A stretch of 64,000 nucleotides of DNA from Malacoraja senta. Its lineage: Eukaryota. The notes under the pieces were generated by a model. It was not told the origin of the DNA and ran no database searches. It worked only from the letters and a program-made list of their open reading frames with translations. Where the stretch lies: NCBI GenBank assembly GCA_038087875.1, contig CM075991.1, forward strand, positions 13,580,001-13,644,000. The letters run 5' to 3'. How positions within the stretch are numbered: the stretch's first letter is position 1; each line of letters begins with the position of its first letter. A program made the position numbers and the translations under genes. Below, in pieces: positions 1 to 14,027 of this stretch.

Positions 1-1715
1 GTATTTTTGTACCAATGCAAAATCATTGTTAATTCCTTGCATGAACCTGTATGAGGTATGTTATCGAAATATTACCACTGTAGCCAGCAGTTGAGCTTGC
101 TGAAAACTCATGTAAAGTTTGTACATTGTTGTTAAGTAAATCCTGTTTCTATGTGGCAACTTGGCACAAATAATACTACCCACATGGGAAAGAGGCAATC
201 CATTAGTCCATTTAAAAACGTGTTAATAATTCCAAAATAGATGTTGTATTTTGTCTGGTGCTGGCTGTGTATATAAAACAAGTGCAGGCAACTGAGGGCA
301 GTTGAACAGATAGTGATTCAATCCTTGTCAGTTTGAAAACCCTGGTATATTTATTTACCATATAAAGGATATTTCTACAATACAATATGTACAAGAATCT
401 GTTAGTAGCTATCTAGGAACAAAATTTTAACCACCCACCCATCATTGTCAAAATTCTCTTAAGCTTCTCTGTATAAATGGATCTACACAACTACATTAAA
501 TTACTATGCAATTGTAGCCGAGGGTTGCAGATTGTGCTTGTGTGCGGAAGGTGATGCCAAGGTACATATTCCCATCTGTATAAAGTGCCCGTTCAGATGT
601 TAAGTCAGTGAATTCTAAATCTTAACTCGATTGTACAGAAAATGTTATTGGAGATGAAAAGTTCCTTCCACCCACAGTCACTGCTTTTCTTTCTGACCTG
701 CTGGTCAGCAATCTATGCCCAAAGAAAGTACCACTATTTCAAATTCTTCAAAACAGAGATTGTTTGAAAGAATGAATTGAATTAAATTGAATAAATGTTA
801 TTTGCCAAGTAGGTATACATACAAGGAATTTACCTTGGTGCTTTGCTCGCGAGTAACAACACGATATACAGTCGACAAGTGAACCGTATCAAAGAAAATG
901 CATGTACATTTGTACAATGACATCTTCAGGTGGTTTTACTGTTTTTGTATTATTTTGTTCCAAGAATCTTTTCATTGATTTCCTATGGTTGCTTTGTGGA
1001 TAACTTGGAATATTTTATTTTGTTATTTTTTGATTGAGATAAAACTGCCACCTTCTCTGGTTATACCTGTTGGATCCTGAAGAGGGATAAAAAAATCATC
1101 TCTTCAGAATCTGTGCTGGTATCGTGTCACAGGAACATGACAGTGGGGGTGGGGAGGGAGGTTTTCAGTGCCATGATATATCTTTTGAATGCATTGGCAG
1201 TAGTGTTGTTTTGATTGCACCTTTAACCACCGTTAGAATAATGAGTCGAATGCAGGGGCACATAATTAATGCAGAAATAAAAAAGATCTTGAAACCAGTG
1301 AATACCAAAATTGTCAAATTTAGTAATACATTATTTAGTGAGAAAAGATAGATTGGGGGGGGGGAAGAGTATTATTCCTTGGATAGAACTATTGTGCAAT
1401 GTAAGGGTAATGCACTTTGGTGAAAAAAGGCAATTGCTTTTAAATTGGGGAGTGATTGAAGATAGTTGTTCCAACACCTGGGTGCTGGAACAACTTTGGA
1501 TACAAATCACTGGAATTTATCATCCAGGTGCAACAAGTAATTACAGATGAAAACAGTTTCTTGCTCGTTTTTGCAAGAGTATTTGATTGCAAGGGCAGAG
1601 TTGTCTGGTTCCAAGTATGTTGGGCATGGGTGATATTGCATCTGGAATACTACGCATGGGTTGATTACCCAAACAGAAATATTCTGACGTAAAGGGAACT
1701 CATCAAATTGATTCC

Positions 1716-3018
1716 TAGTAGACAATAGGTGCAGGAGTAGGCCATTCGGCCCTTTGAGCCAGCACTGCCATTCAATGTGATCATGGCTGATCAACCACAA
1801 TCAGTACCCCGTTCCTGCCTTCTCCCCATATCCCCTGACAGCTATCTTTAATAGTCCTATCTAACTCTCTATGGAAAGTATCCGGAGAACCGGCCTCCAC
1901 CGCCCTCTGAGGCAGAGAATACCACACTCACAACTCTCTGTGTGAAAAAATGTTTCTTCATCTCCGTTCTAAATGGCTTATCCCTTATTCTTAAACCGTG
2001 GCCCCTGGTTCTGACTCCCCCAACATCAGGAACATGTTTCCTGCCTCTAGCATGTCCAAACCCTAAATAATCTTATATGTTTCAATAAGATCCCTCTCAT
2101 CCTTCTACATTCCAGAGTAAACAAGCCCAGCCGCTCCATTTTCTCAGCATATGACAGTCCCGCCATCCCGGGAATTAACCTTGTAATCCTATGCTGCACT
2201 CCCTCAATAGCAAGAATGTCCTTCCTCAAATAAGGGTACCAAAACTGCACACGATACTCCAGAGGTGGTCTCACTAGGGCCCTGTACAACTGCAGAAGGA
2301 CCTCTTTGCTCCCATACTCCTCCTGTTATGAAGGCCAACATGCATTCGCTTTCTTCACAGCCTGCTGTACCTGCATGCTTACTCTCATTGACTGATGAAC
2401 AAGGACCCCCAGATCTCGTTGTACTTCCCCTTTTCCCAACTGGACACCATTTAGATAATAATCTGCCTTCCTGTTTTTTGCCACGAAAGTGGATAACATC
2501 ACATTTATCCACATTAAACTGCATCTGCCATGTATCTGCCCACTCACCCAACCTGTCCAAGTCACCCTGCATTCTCATAGCATCCTCCTCACAGTTCACA
2601 CTGCCACCCATGTTTGTGTCATCTGCAAATTTGCTAATGTTACTTTGAATCCCTTCATCTAGATCATTGAAGTATATTGAAAATAGCTGCAGTCCCAGCA
2701 CCGAGCCTTGCGGTACCCCACTAGTCACTGTCTGCCATTCTGAAAGGGACCTGTTAATCCCTACTCTTTGGTTTCCTGTCTGCCAACAATTTTTCTATCC
2801 ATGTCAGCATTCTACCCCCAAGTACCATGTGCCCTGATTTTGCCCACTAATCTTCTATGTGGGACCTTATCAAATGCTTTCTGAAAGTCCAGGTACACTA
2901 CAATCACTGGCTCTCCTTTGTCCCTTTTCCTCGTTACATCCTCAAAAAATGCCAGAAGATTAGTCAAGCATGATTTCCCCTTCGTAAATCCATGCTGACT
3001 CGGTCCGATCCTGTTACC
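1716..3018 (-). mobile_element. CR1 LINE, 5'-truncated and frameshifted (RT C-terminal half + 3' UTR)
   Basis: ORFs 2204-2728 (SGVPQGSVLG...SKFADDT) and 2047-2289 (LYRALVRPxLEY) carry CR1 RT motifs; the CR1 3' UTR ends near 1716. Confidence 0.9.
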
Positions 3019-3841
3019 TGTATCTCTCCATTCAGTCCTGCCAAGGCATTTAAAACATCCTGTATGTTTTGATGAGACTGCTTCTTATTCTTCTAAATCT
3101 AGAGAATACAGTCTCCCAGTTACTTTTTTTTCTCTTATACATTAAATTGCCATACCTGGAACTAGACTGTAAACTCTCTACACTCTTTATGTGGCAAGTA
3201 TATTTTTACTTAGGTAAGGAGATCACAACTCAACATAATACACTGCAGGTGGTCTCATCTAGTCCTGGTACAACTGTAGTAAGACTTATTTTCTCAAGTA
3301 TTCAAATCCTCTCACAACAAAGGCTAACATGCCATTTTCCTTGTAACAATATACTTGGGCCCTTTAATAAGCAGCACCTAACGGTTTACAATTTAGCAAA
3401 TGTTCTGCCTGCAATTATGTTAAGCAAAGTGGATAATTTAATTTTTGGCATCATATTCCATCCACTTTGTGGGACATTCTTTTCAGACTCTCCCCTATCC
3501 TCACAGTCCCAGCTTGTTTAGTATTATCAGCAAACCTGGCCTCCTTAGCCAAATTGCTGCTATGGACTGTGAAAAGCTGGGGCCATGATACCCCTCTAGG
3601 TCATGTTGTCGTCCTGAGAATGATGTGTTTATTCCCACACTCTGCCCAACCAATTCCTTGTGCTCTAACTTTGTTGATCTTTATGAACATCTTCTAAAAA
3701 TACAAATATACCACATTCTGTGATTGCCCTGTAACTATTCTATTCATCACAGTCTCAAAAGAAATCCAGCAAATCAGCCAAACCTGATTTTCTGTTAATA
3801 AATCAATGTTGCTTCTGCTCTATCCGATCATTCTTATCAAT

Positions 3842-4676
3842 GTAGACACAAAATGCTGGAGTAACTTAGTTTGACAGGCAGCATCTCTGGAGAGAAGGAA
3901 TGGATGACATTTCGGGTCAAGGCCCTTCTTCAGACTGGTTAGGGATAAGGGAAATGAGAGATATAGACGGTGATGTGGAGAGATAAAGAAACAATGAATG
4001 AAAGATATACCAGGGACCCTGACAGTCCTTTCAGGTTAAGCAGAGGTTCACTTGCACTCCTCCAACCTCATCCACTGTATCTGTTGTTCAAGATGTGGAC
4101 TCTTATACATCGGCGAGACCAAACGTAGACTGGCGCAATCGTTTCACGGAACACGTACGCTCAGCCCGCGTGAATCAACCTGATCTCCTGGTTGCTGGGC
4201 ACTTTAATTCTCCTTCCCATTCCTACACAGACCTTTCTGTCCTCGGTCTCCTCCATTGTCAGAGTGAGGTTTAAATTGGAGGAACAGCATCTCATATTTC
4301 GCTTTGGCAGCTTACTACAGCCCAGTGGTATGAATATTGATTTCTCTCACTTCAGGTAGCCCGGCATTCCCTCTCTCTCTATCCCTCCCCACCCAAGTTG
4401 TACTAGCTTCTCATTTTCACCTTACAAACTGCTTAGAATGGCCCGTTTCCTTTATCATTGTTACTGTTTTTGCATATCTTTCATTCATTGTTCTTTATCT
4501 CTCCGCATCACCGTCTATATCTCTTGTTTCCCTTATCCCTAACCAGTCTAAAGAAGGGTCTTGACCCGAAATCACTCATTTCTTCTCTCCACAGATGCTG
4601 CGTTTCCCGCTGAATTACTCCAGCTTTTTGTGTCTATCTTCGGTTTAAGCAAGCATCTGCAGTTCCTTCTTACACA
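3842..4676 (+). mobile_element. Penelope-like element, truncated (GIY-YIG end) with inverted partial pLTR
   Basis: Internal YIGETKRRL-type GIY-YIG sequence near 4100; about 165-bp inverted repeats at 3842-4008 and 4475-4637, each with a CTGAAGA...GAAA-like motif. Confidence 0.8.
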
Positions 4677-5089
4677 TTCCTATCAAGGTGTTTGGTTATT
4701 GCATTCATTATGATAGATTCCAGCATTTTCCCTATCTTCCCACGTGTGCCATTTTGTCAATGCATTTTGAAACTAAATATTCTATTTCACTGGTTTGCTG
4801 TTTTCTACTTTGCAGTTACATGCCGCAGAACTGGATTTGTCAGTTATACATCCTCAGGTCTTCTTGCATTTACTTTTAAAATTGTACCAGTCTTTATATT
4901 GGCCCTCCTTGGTCTTCTCACTAACAAAGTTGCAACAGACTTTATTGCATTAAACTTCATGTGTCACACCTGCTGTTTCCCCAGTGGTTTTGATCCCAAA
5001 TTTTTTCATGGACAAACTGTAAACAAACTTTCTATGGAAGTTTTGTGAAGTTGCTGAGAATTTCTTTTACTTGAAGTCATTGATCCATT

Positions 5090-7733
5090 ATAGAAACATA
5101 GAAAATAGGTGCAGGAGGAGGTCATTCGGCCCTTCGAGCCAGCACCGCCATTCATTGTGATCATGGCTGATCGTCCCCAATCAATAACCCGTGCCTGCCT
5201 TCTCCCCATATCATATAACCATATAACCATATAACCATAACAGCACGGAAACAGGCCATCTCGGCCCTTCAAGTCCGTGCCGAACATTTTTAAATTTTTT
5301 TTTTTTTAATTAAAAATAAATACTTCCCCCTAGTCCCATCTACCTGCACTCAGACCATAACCCTCCATTCCTTTCCCGTCCATATACCCATCCAATCTAT
5401 TTTTAAAGGATAACATCGAACCTGCCTCCACCACTTCCACTGGAAGCTCATTCCACACAGCTACCACTCTCTGAGTAAAGAAGTTCCCCCTAATGTTCCC
5501 CCTAAACTTCTGTCCCTTAATTCTCAAGTCATGTCCCCTTGTTTGAATCTTCCCTACTCTCAATGGGAAAAGCTTATCCACGTCCACTCTGTCTAACCCG
5601 CTCATAATTTTAAAGACCTCTATCAAGTCCCCTCTTAACCTTCTGCGCTCCAAAGAATAAAGACCTAACTTGTTCAACCTTTCTCTGTAACTTAGTTGCT
5701 GAAACCCAGGCAACATTCTAGTAAATCTCCTCTGTACTCTCTCTATTTTGTTGACATCCTTCCTATAATTAGGTGACCAAAATTGTACTCCATACTCCAG
5801 AATTGGCCTCACCAATGCCTTGTACAATTTTAACATTACATCCCAACTTCTATATTCAATGCTCTGATTTATAAAGGCCAGCACACCAAAAGCTTTCTTT
5901 ACCACCCTATCTACATGAGATTCCACCTTCAGGGAACTATGCACAGTTATTCCTAGATCCCTCTGTTCAACTGCATTCCTCAATTCGCTACCATTTACCG
6001 TGTACGTCCTATTTTGATTTGTCCTGCCGAGATGTAGCACCTCACATTTGTCAGCATTAAACTCCATCTGCCATCTTTCAGCCCACTCTTCCAAATGGCC
6101 TAAATCTCTCTGTAGACTTTGAAAATCTACTTCATTATCCACAACACCACCTATCTTAGTATCATCTGCATACTTACTAATCCAATTTTCCACACCATCC
6201 AGATCATTGATGTATATGACAAACAACAGTGGACCCAACACAGACCCCTGAGGCACCCCACTAGTCACCGGCCTCCAACCTGACAAACAGCCATCCACCA
6301 TTACTCTCTGGCATCTCCCATTCAGCCACTGTTGAATCCATCTTGCTACTCCACCATTAATACCCAACAGTTGAATCTTCTTAACCAACCTTCCATGAGG
6401 AACCTTGTCAAAGGCCTTACTGAAGTCCATATAGACAACATCCACTGCTTTACCCTCATCAATTTCCCTAGTAACCTCTTCGAAAAATTCAAGATTAGTC
6501 AAGCATGACCTTCCAGGCACAAATCCATGTTGACTGTTCCTAATCAGACCCTGCTTATCCAGATGCTTATATATATTATCTTTAAGTATCCTTTCCATTA
6601 ATTTGCCCACCACTGACGTCAAACTAACAGGTCTATAATTGCTAGGTTTACTCTTCGAACCCTTTTTAAACAACGGAACAACATGCGCAGTACGCCAATC
6701 CTCCGGCACTATTCCCGTTTCTAATGACATTTGAAATATTTCTGTCATAGCCCCTGCTATTTCTACACTAACTTCCCTCAATGTCCTTGGGAATATCCTG
6801 TCAGGACCTGGAGACTTATCCGTTTTCATATTTTTCAAAAGTGTCCGCACCTCCTCTTCTTTGAATCTCACAGTTTCCGTTGCTACTCTGCTTGTTTCCC
6901 TTACCTCACATAATTCCATATCCTTCTCCTTCGTGAATACCGAAGAAAAGAACTTGATTCCACTAGCTCATAGAGCTCTATCTAACTCTCTCTTAAATCC
7001 ATCCAGCGACTTGGCCTCCACTGCCCTCTGTGGCAGGGAATTCCACAAATTCACAACTCTCTGGGTGAAAAAGTTTTTCTCACCTCAGTCTTAAATGGCC
7101 TCCCCTTTATTCTAAGACTGTGGCCCCTGGTTCTGGACTCGCCTAACATTGGGAACATTTTTCCTGCATCTAGCTTGTCCAGTCCTTTTATAATATGTTT
7201 CTATAAGATCCCCTCATCCTTCTAAACTCCAGTGAATACAAGCCTAGTCTTTTCAATCTTTCCTCATATGACAGTCCCGCCATCCCAGGGATCAATCTTG
7301 TGAACCTACGCTGCACTGCCTCAATCACAATAATGTCCTTCCTCAAATTAGGAGACCAAAACTGTACACAATAATCCAGATGTGGTCTCACCAGAGCCCT
7401 ATACAACTGCAGAAGAACCTCTTTACTCCTATACTGAAATCCTCTTGTTATGAAGGCCAACATTTCATTAGCTTTCTTCACTGCCTGCTGTACCTGCACG
7501 CCAGCTTTCAGTGACTGGTGTACAAGGATGCCCAGGTTTCGTTGCAACTCCCTCATACCTAACCTAACCCCATTGAGATAATAATGTGCCCCCTTGTTTT
7601 TGCCGCCAAAGTGGATAACCTCACATTTATCTATATATTATACTGCATCTGCCACGCATCTGCCCACTCACTCAACCTGTCCAGGTCACTCTGCAACCTC
7701 CTAACATCCTCTTCACAGTTCACAAATGCGATC
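5090..7733 (-). mobile_element. CR1 LINE fragment split by a nested CR1 insertion
   Basis: 3' tail (TAGAAACA) at 5090; the UTR breaks at ~5210 and resumes at ~6951; ORF 7188-7556 has CR1 C-terminal motifs. Confidence 0.85.
5210..6950 (-). mobile_element. Young nested CR1 of a different subfamily with a 529-aa open RT fragment
   Basis: ORF 5330-6919 (KSPGPD, YRPVSLTS, QHGF, DFSKAFDKV, GVPQGSVLGP, YADD); distinct (ATAACCAT)n tail at 5211-5240. Confidence 0.92.
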
Positions 7734-10700
7734 AAAACATTACTGTGATATCGCTGGTGAAGGGAACATATCTTCTTTGTTTTGTGTTTCTTTATAAAAT
7801 GCATCTGGGGTTTGTTTTTCTTATAACATGACCCATATATACACCTCTTATCAACACCAAACGTGAACAATTGCTGCAAATGGTGGTCAGAAATTTACAG
7901 ACAAAAGCCAATTAATTGTGTTGGTGTTCATTTGAAGTGTAGAAAAACAATTATATTTAACTTTAGGTCTCGTCGCATGTTGAAAGTGATATTTTAATTC
8001 GGAAAAATTATTTTCTAAGCAATGCTGGATGAAACTGAAAATTGCAACCACTTATTGTTGGCCAATTAGGTGTTTAGGGTTAGACAATTAAAAGCAATTG
8101 ATACATTGTAAAGTCCTATATGGTTTATTAATGTCCTTCAGGTAGAAAATCAGCCAAATTTACCTGGTCTGGCCTATATGTGATTTCAAATTCATCCAAT
8201 TCGTTTGAATCTTAAATTACTCAATTGTAGATAGCTCAACACCTCCTTGAAGGCAATCAGGAGTGGACAATAAATGCTGACCTTGCCAGCAATGCCCATA
8301 TATTGTAAAAAAAAATAGTATTTTCAGTGCATTAAATCTGGTGAAATTATTTCCTGACATTAAATTTAATAACATTGAAATTAAAATTGTTGCTTACATT
8401 GTTTTGGCATTTCTTCTGGCTCCTTATTCTGAGATTTTGGGGCATGGAATTATTTTATAAATGGCCTCTCAGGAACTAATTAGCTATATCAGTTGTGATT
8501 TGTACAACCAGTGTTAGAAATGGAAATGGCTGAAAGATGTTATTTTTGAATATGAAATTGATGGGTGTATTAACGCCTGCTTCTCACATGTGATTGATCT
8601 CAATAAATAAGTGAATGGGTGTAAAGTGAGACAATTCCATTACTCAGTACAACATTCAGAGCAACAAAAAGATATAATCCACAGTGGTTTAAAGAATATG
8701 ATTAAATTAAAAAATGGCTCTTATCATGGAAACAGAGACAGGATATGCCCTTGGTTCATCACTATCTGGCAACCATCTATACTAATTCAATTTACTAGAA
8801 TCTGGTCCATAGACTTATAATGCCTTGGTGTTTCAAGTGCTTGTTTGGTTTACTTTTGAACACATTAAGTCTCTGCCTCCCTCACCCATGCAGGCATTAT
8901 ATTGCACATTCTAACCATCCCTTGGGAGAGAACATTCCTCCTCAGATTCCCTCCAAACCCCTGTCCCCACCCTAAACCTATGTCCTCTAGTTTGGGTCTC
9001 TTCAGCTCTGTGGGTAATTTGTTACTATCCACGCAATCTGACCAACAGTTCAACAATAATTCGTGGAGTTGCTTATTGTGTTGTGTCAAACCTATCCATA
9101 ATTCATCACCGAATGAATCATCTTTAAACTAACAATCCTCCTCCAAAAGTTGTATTGAATGTCCTGTTTTGACACAAATTTAGGAAACAAGATGGTAATT
9201 GAAGCATTTTATATTCAAAGAATTGCAATGATTTCTGTGGATTAATGACGCATCTATTAGAAATACAGTCCTGATGTGACCATCTAATCTCAGCTGTAGG
9301 CAACTCAGTTTTAAAATGGGTGGTATCTTCTCAACTCGGACTGCTCCCTTTCTCCCACAGTGGATGCTATTGAGGTGTTGATTTCTAGTATCTGTAATGA
9401 TACAATGGCCTGAGATGATGCCATACTGTAAGCATGCATTGAACCATTGTGACTGTAGATGGAGATACCTAGTCCTCAGCTGTCACCCATCTTCTGTCCA
9501 CGTTTTTGTTTTTCCCCCTCTTCTTCCCACATCCCCGTTGACTGAGTATAATGCCGGGAGTACTCAGCGGGTCAGACAAAAACTGGAGAGAGAACTAGTG
9601 ATGCTTCAAGTTAATGACTTTTCTTTCTGAACAGGTGCTGCCTAACCAACTGAGGGTTTCCAGTATTCACTGATATTATTCAGAATTTCAGCATCTGCAG
9701 TAATTTGCTTTTGGGATATTGGTAGTAAGCTGCTGATCAAGTTGCATATGAAAGTCATCAACTTGAAATATGAGCTCTGTTTCTCTCTACAGAGCCCGAC
9801 TGACCGACTGAGTTTATCCAACTTTCTGTTTTGATTTAAGATTTTCTGTGTTCGCTATGCCTTGCTTTCCTAAAATATGCTGGTTTTGGTTAGGGTGTTG
9901 CAAACATTAAGCTTATTTCCTGAAATCTGGGTGTAACTCAAACTACTGAGAATTTCTGTACAAATAACTACTTTAATAAGCTAATTATTTTGTGTTATAT
10001 AAATCAACCCCATGTGAATAGATGTAATAAAACAGAACGGTGTTTTTTAAATAAAAATCTTTGGTATATTTCACTACCAATAGTAAATGTTTCCACAAAA
10101 TAACATTTCCTTCCTAAAATAAAATGCTATATTTAAACCACAGCAACTGCATCACCTCTTTAAAAGCAATACATTATTACATCCCAGGCAAGGAGAATAT
10201 TCTCAGACTGGGCATGGAGTAACAACACAAACTAGCTGCAAATTGTGCAATAGATTTGAGCCACACAACGCAAATTATGAAATGTCTTTAGGCAGCACTG
10301 TAATTTATTAACATTTATTTATTTTGATTGCTAATGCAAGAGAGCGCAAGGCTGTTATTTTATATAGGGCCTGGGTTGTTTCCAAGGCTGCTATTACTGT
10401 TAAATTGGGTGTTTCTTCATTTCTGAATGAATGTTTAGATGCAAATTAAATATATTTCCCATTAAAAAAAATGTGTCTCTTATATTTCATTATGCAGTAG
10501 ACCACAATGCTTCAGAAATGTATTTACTTAAATCTGATTTTATAGACACTGAACGCAGATTGACAAACTGAGGTTTAATGTTCTTTGCCACCTATTAAAG
10601 AACCAACTGTATTTATCTGGCACCTTTCAGAAAAATTGATGAAGTGTTTCATTACTGATCAGGTACTTTTGAAATGGAAATTGTTTTAATCAAAAGAATC

Positions 10701-10924
10701 ACAGTATAAAATTGTGTAGATGCCAGAAAGAGCAATGACCTAAAATATTTGATTATCTATTGGCTGAGGAATATCTGTTCACCAGAACTATGGGGAAGCC
10801 CACCAGAGAACAATTGACCAGTGATGGGGGTTGGGGGAAAAGAGGAGAGACATTAAAGAATATAACTTATATTTTACTGATATCAATCCAGTTTTAGAAA
10901 GATCACCATTTGTTCGGATGCTGC

Positions 10925-11795
10925 AATCTGAAGTGCTATGAGAATGCAGGGTGATTTGGACAAGTTGGGGGAGTGGGCAGATGCATGGCAGATGTAAATG
11001 TGAGGTTATCCACTTTGGTAGCAAAAACAGGAAGGCAGATTACTATCAAGTTGGGAAAGTTGGGAAAAGGGGAAGTAAAACGGGATCTGGAGGTCCTTGT
11101 TCATTAATCTATGAAAGTAAGCATGCAGGTACAGCAGGCAGTGAAGGGAGCGAATGGCATGTTGGCCTTTATAACAAATGGAATCGAATATAGGAGCAAA
11201 GACGTTCTTCTGCAGTGTACAGAGCCCTAGTGAGACCACACCTGGAGTATTGTGTACAGTTTTGGTCCTCTAATTTGAGGAAGGACATTCTTGCTATTGA
11301 GGGAGTGCAGCATACGTTTACAAGGTTAATTCCTGGGGATGGCGGGTCTGTCATATGCTGAGAGAATGGAGAAGCTGGGCCTTGTACACTCTGGAGTTTA
11401 GAAGGATGAGAGGTTATCTCATTGAAACATATAAGATTGTTACGGGTTTGGACATGCTAGAGGCAGGAAACATGTTCCCGATGTTGGGGGAGTCCAGAAC
11501 CAGGGGCCACAGTTTAAGAATAAGGAGTAAGCCATTTAGAATGGAGATGAGGAAACACCATTTCTCACAGAGAGTGGTGAATCTGTGGAATTCTCTGCCT
11601 CAGAGGGCGGTGGAGGCAGGTTCTCTGGATGCTTTCAAGAGAGAGCTAGATAGGGCTCTTAAAAATTGCGGAGTCAGGGCATATGGGGAGAAGGCAGGAA
11701 CGGGGTACTGATTGGGGATGATCAGCCATGATCACATTGAATGGCGGTGCTGGCTCGAAGGGCCGAATGGCCTACTCCTGCACCTATTGTCTATT
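10925..11795 (+). mobile_element. CR1 LINE 3' fragment
   Basis: ORF 11355-11711 (LEFRRMRG...TRGHSLRI...FSQRVVNLWNSLP) followed by the CR1 3' UTR. Confidence 0.9.
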
Positions 11796-11810
11796 GAGCC
11801 CCAGACACAG

Positions 11811-12400
11811 TTAAAGACACTCAAGAGTCAAGAGTATTTTATATTCGTATGTCCCTGATAGAACAATTAAATTCTTACTTGCAGCAGCACGACAGAATGT
11901 ATAAACAAAGCACTCGGTAAACAATATAATAAACAAAGGTTCAGTTAATATATATACATATTTACACACACACAAATATATATACATACATATACATACA
12001 GACACACATATATGCATAAACATAAAAACAAACTATAATAGTGCAAAAAGACAAAACCATTGCCCCCAAATCTATGTAGTTCAGAGCTTATTTGGAGGAT
12101 GTAGTATTTAATAGTCTAATGGCTGCAGGGGAGAAACTATTCCCTGTACCTGGACGTTACAGGTTTCAGGCTCCTGTACCATCTTCCTGATGGCAGGAGT
12201 GAAATGAGTGCGTGGACAGGTTGGTGTGGGTCTCTGATGATGTTGACTGCCTTTTTGAGGCAGTGATTCCTGTAAATCCCTTCGATGATGGGGAGGTCAG
12301 AACCCGTGATGGACTGGGCAGTGTTCACCACTTTTTTGAAGCCTTCAATTTGCCGAACCAGGCTGTGATCCAACCAGTCAATATGCTCTCTATTGCAGAT
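11811..12400 (-). mobile_element. Rex1/Babar-type LINE 3' fragment
   Basis: [14 protein letters not shown] and [11 protein letters not shown]...LLPSGRWYRS resemble Rex1/Babar RT C-termini; short repeated tail at ~11815-11835. Confidence 0.7.
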
Positions 12401-12534
12401 GCTGGTTTAAGCCCTAGATACACAAGGGCTGGAGTAACAGCGGGCCAGGCAGCATCTGTGGAGAAGGAATGGGTGGACACACAATGCTGGAGTAACAGCG
12501 GGCCAGGCAGCATCTGTGGACAACCAGTGGGTGG

Positions 12535-13138
12535 ACGGACACACACACACGGACACACACACACACACATACGGAACACACACACACACACACGGCCACG
12601 GACACACACACACGGACACGCACACACACGGACACACACACACGGACACGCACACACGGACACACACACGGACACACACGCACACGGCCATACACACACG
12701 GACACACACACATGGACACACACACACACACGGACACTGACACACACACATGGACACACACGGACACACACACGGCCGCACACGCACACACGGACACACA
12801 CACATGGACACACACACATGGACACACACACACGGACACACACACACAGACACACGGACACGGACACACACACACACGGACACGGACACACGGACACGGA
12901 CACACACGGACACACGGACACACACACGGACGGACACACACACACGGACACGGACACACACACGGACACGGACACGGACACACACACGGACACGGACACA
13001 CGGACACACACACACACGGACACGGACACACACGGACACGGACACACACACACGGACACACACACACACACGGACACGGACACACACACACACGGACACA
13101 CACACACACACACACACACACACGGCCGCACACGCACA
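12535..13138. repeat. Complex (CA)n microsatellite interrupted by CGGA
   Basis: About 600 bp of CACACACGGA-type units; source of the Thr/His- and Val/Cys-rich spurious ORFs. Confidence 0.95.
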
Positions 13139-13140
13139 AA

Positions 13141-13330
13141 AAAAGGGTTCGGGGGCGGGGACAGCGGGTGGGGGCGGGGGCCGGTGAACGCGGCCCTGAT
13201 TGGCCCGGCGCATTGGGGGCCGGGCTCCCCATTGGTTCGCGCCGTTGGAGTGCGGGACTTCCGGTGCGAGCCCCACCGCCCAGCCGGGACTTCCGGCGCA
13301 GCGAACGCCAGTTTGAAGGAAAATCTGGCG
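13141..13330 (+). promoter_or_regulatory. CpG-island promoter of the Myb/SANT gene
   Basis: GC boxes GGGGCGGGG (13152-13160, 13171-13179), inverted CCAAT boxes (ATTGG at 13199, 13212, 13231), two ETS-type ACTTCCGG sites (13257-13264, 13289-13296); CpG-rich within CpG-poor DNA. Confidence 0.75.
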
Positions 13331-13339
13331 CCCAGTTTG

Positions 13340-13760
13340 TCCGGCCCGGTCCTGTCTAGCCGCCCTGTCTAGCCGCCCTGCCCGGCCCGGTCCGGTCTAG
13401 CCGCCCTGTCTAGCCGCCCTGCCCGGTCCGGTCCTGTCTAGCCGCCCTGTCTAGCCGCCCTGCCCGGCCCGGTCCGGTCTAGCCGCCCTGTCTAGCCGCC
13501 CTGCCCGGTCCGGTCCTGTCTAGCCGCCCCTGTCTAGCCGCCCTGCCCGGTCCGGTCCTGTCTAGCCGCCCTGTCTAGCCCGCCCCTGCCCGGCCCGGTC
13601 CGGTCTAGCCGCCCTGTCTAGCCGCCCTGCCCGGTCCGGTCCTGTCTAGCCGCCCTGTCTAGCCGCCCTGCCCGGTCCGGTCCTGTCTAGCCGCCCTGTC
13701 TAGCCGCCCTGCCCGGTCCGGTCCGGTCCGGTCCTGTCTAGCCGTCCGGGTCCAGCCGCC
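13340..13760. repeat. GC-rich 41-bp minisatellite (~10 units built from TCTAGCCGCCCTG) in the putative 5' leader
   Basis: Unit CCCGG(T/C)CCGGTCC(T/G)G + 2x TCTAGCCGCCCTG; about 19 CCGCCC motifs. Confidence 0.92.
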
Positions 13761-13796
13761 CCAGGTCTAGCCTGTCTGTCTGTCTGTCCCGGCGGG

Positions 13797-14027
13797 ATGG
13801 CGGAGCCGCGGGCCCCGCGCTTCAGCGACGCTGCGTTGCGGGTGTTGGTGGAGCAGGTGCGGGCCCGCAGGGAGCTGCTGTTCCCCGCAGACGGCAGGAA
13901 GATGCCGCGCCAGACGCTGCGCCAGGCGTGGAGGGAGGTGGCGATCCGCGTCAACCTACAGAGCGGCACCCCACGCTCATGGCTGCAGTGCCGCAAGAAA
14001 TTCAACGACCTGACCCGCACCGCCAGG
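13797..14027 (+). CDS. Exon 1 of a Myb/SANT-like DNA-binding domain protein (Harbinger ORF1/NAIF1/MSANTD type)
   Basis: Good Kozak context GGCGGGATGG; MAEPRAPRFSDAALRVLVEQV...AWREVAIRVN...RSWLQCRKKFNDL matches the trihelix Myb/SANT-like pattern; donor AGG|GTGAGT, phase 0. Confidence 0.88.

Noticed and set aside
1..1350. Possible 3' UTR or exon of a neighbouring gene
   Set aside because: AT-rich and UTR-like, but no recognisable coding sequence or convincing splice pair.
12212..13372. Long Thr/His- and Cys/Val-rich ORFs (up to 386 aa)
   Set aside because: They are translations of the (CA)n/CGGA microsatellite, which lacks stop codons.
13340..13760. 41-bp array as CRISPR-like
   Set aside because: No spacers; simple tandem minisatellite.
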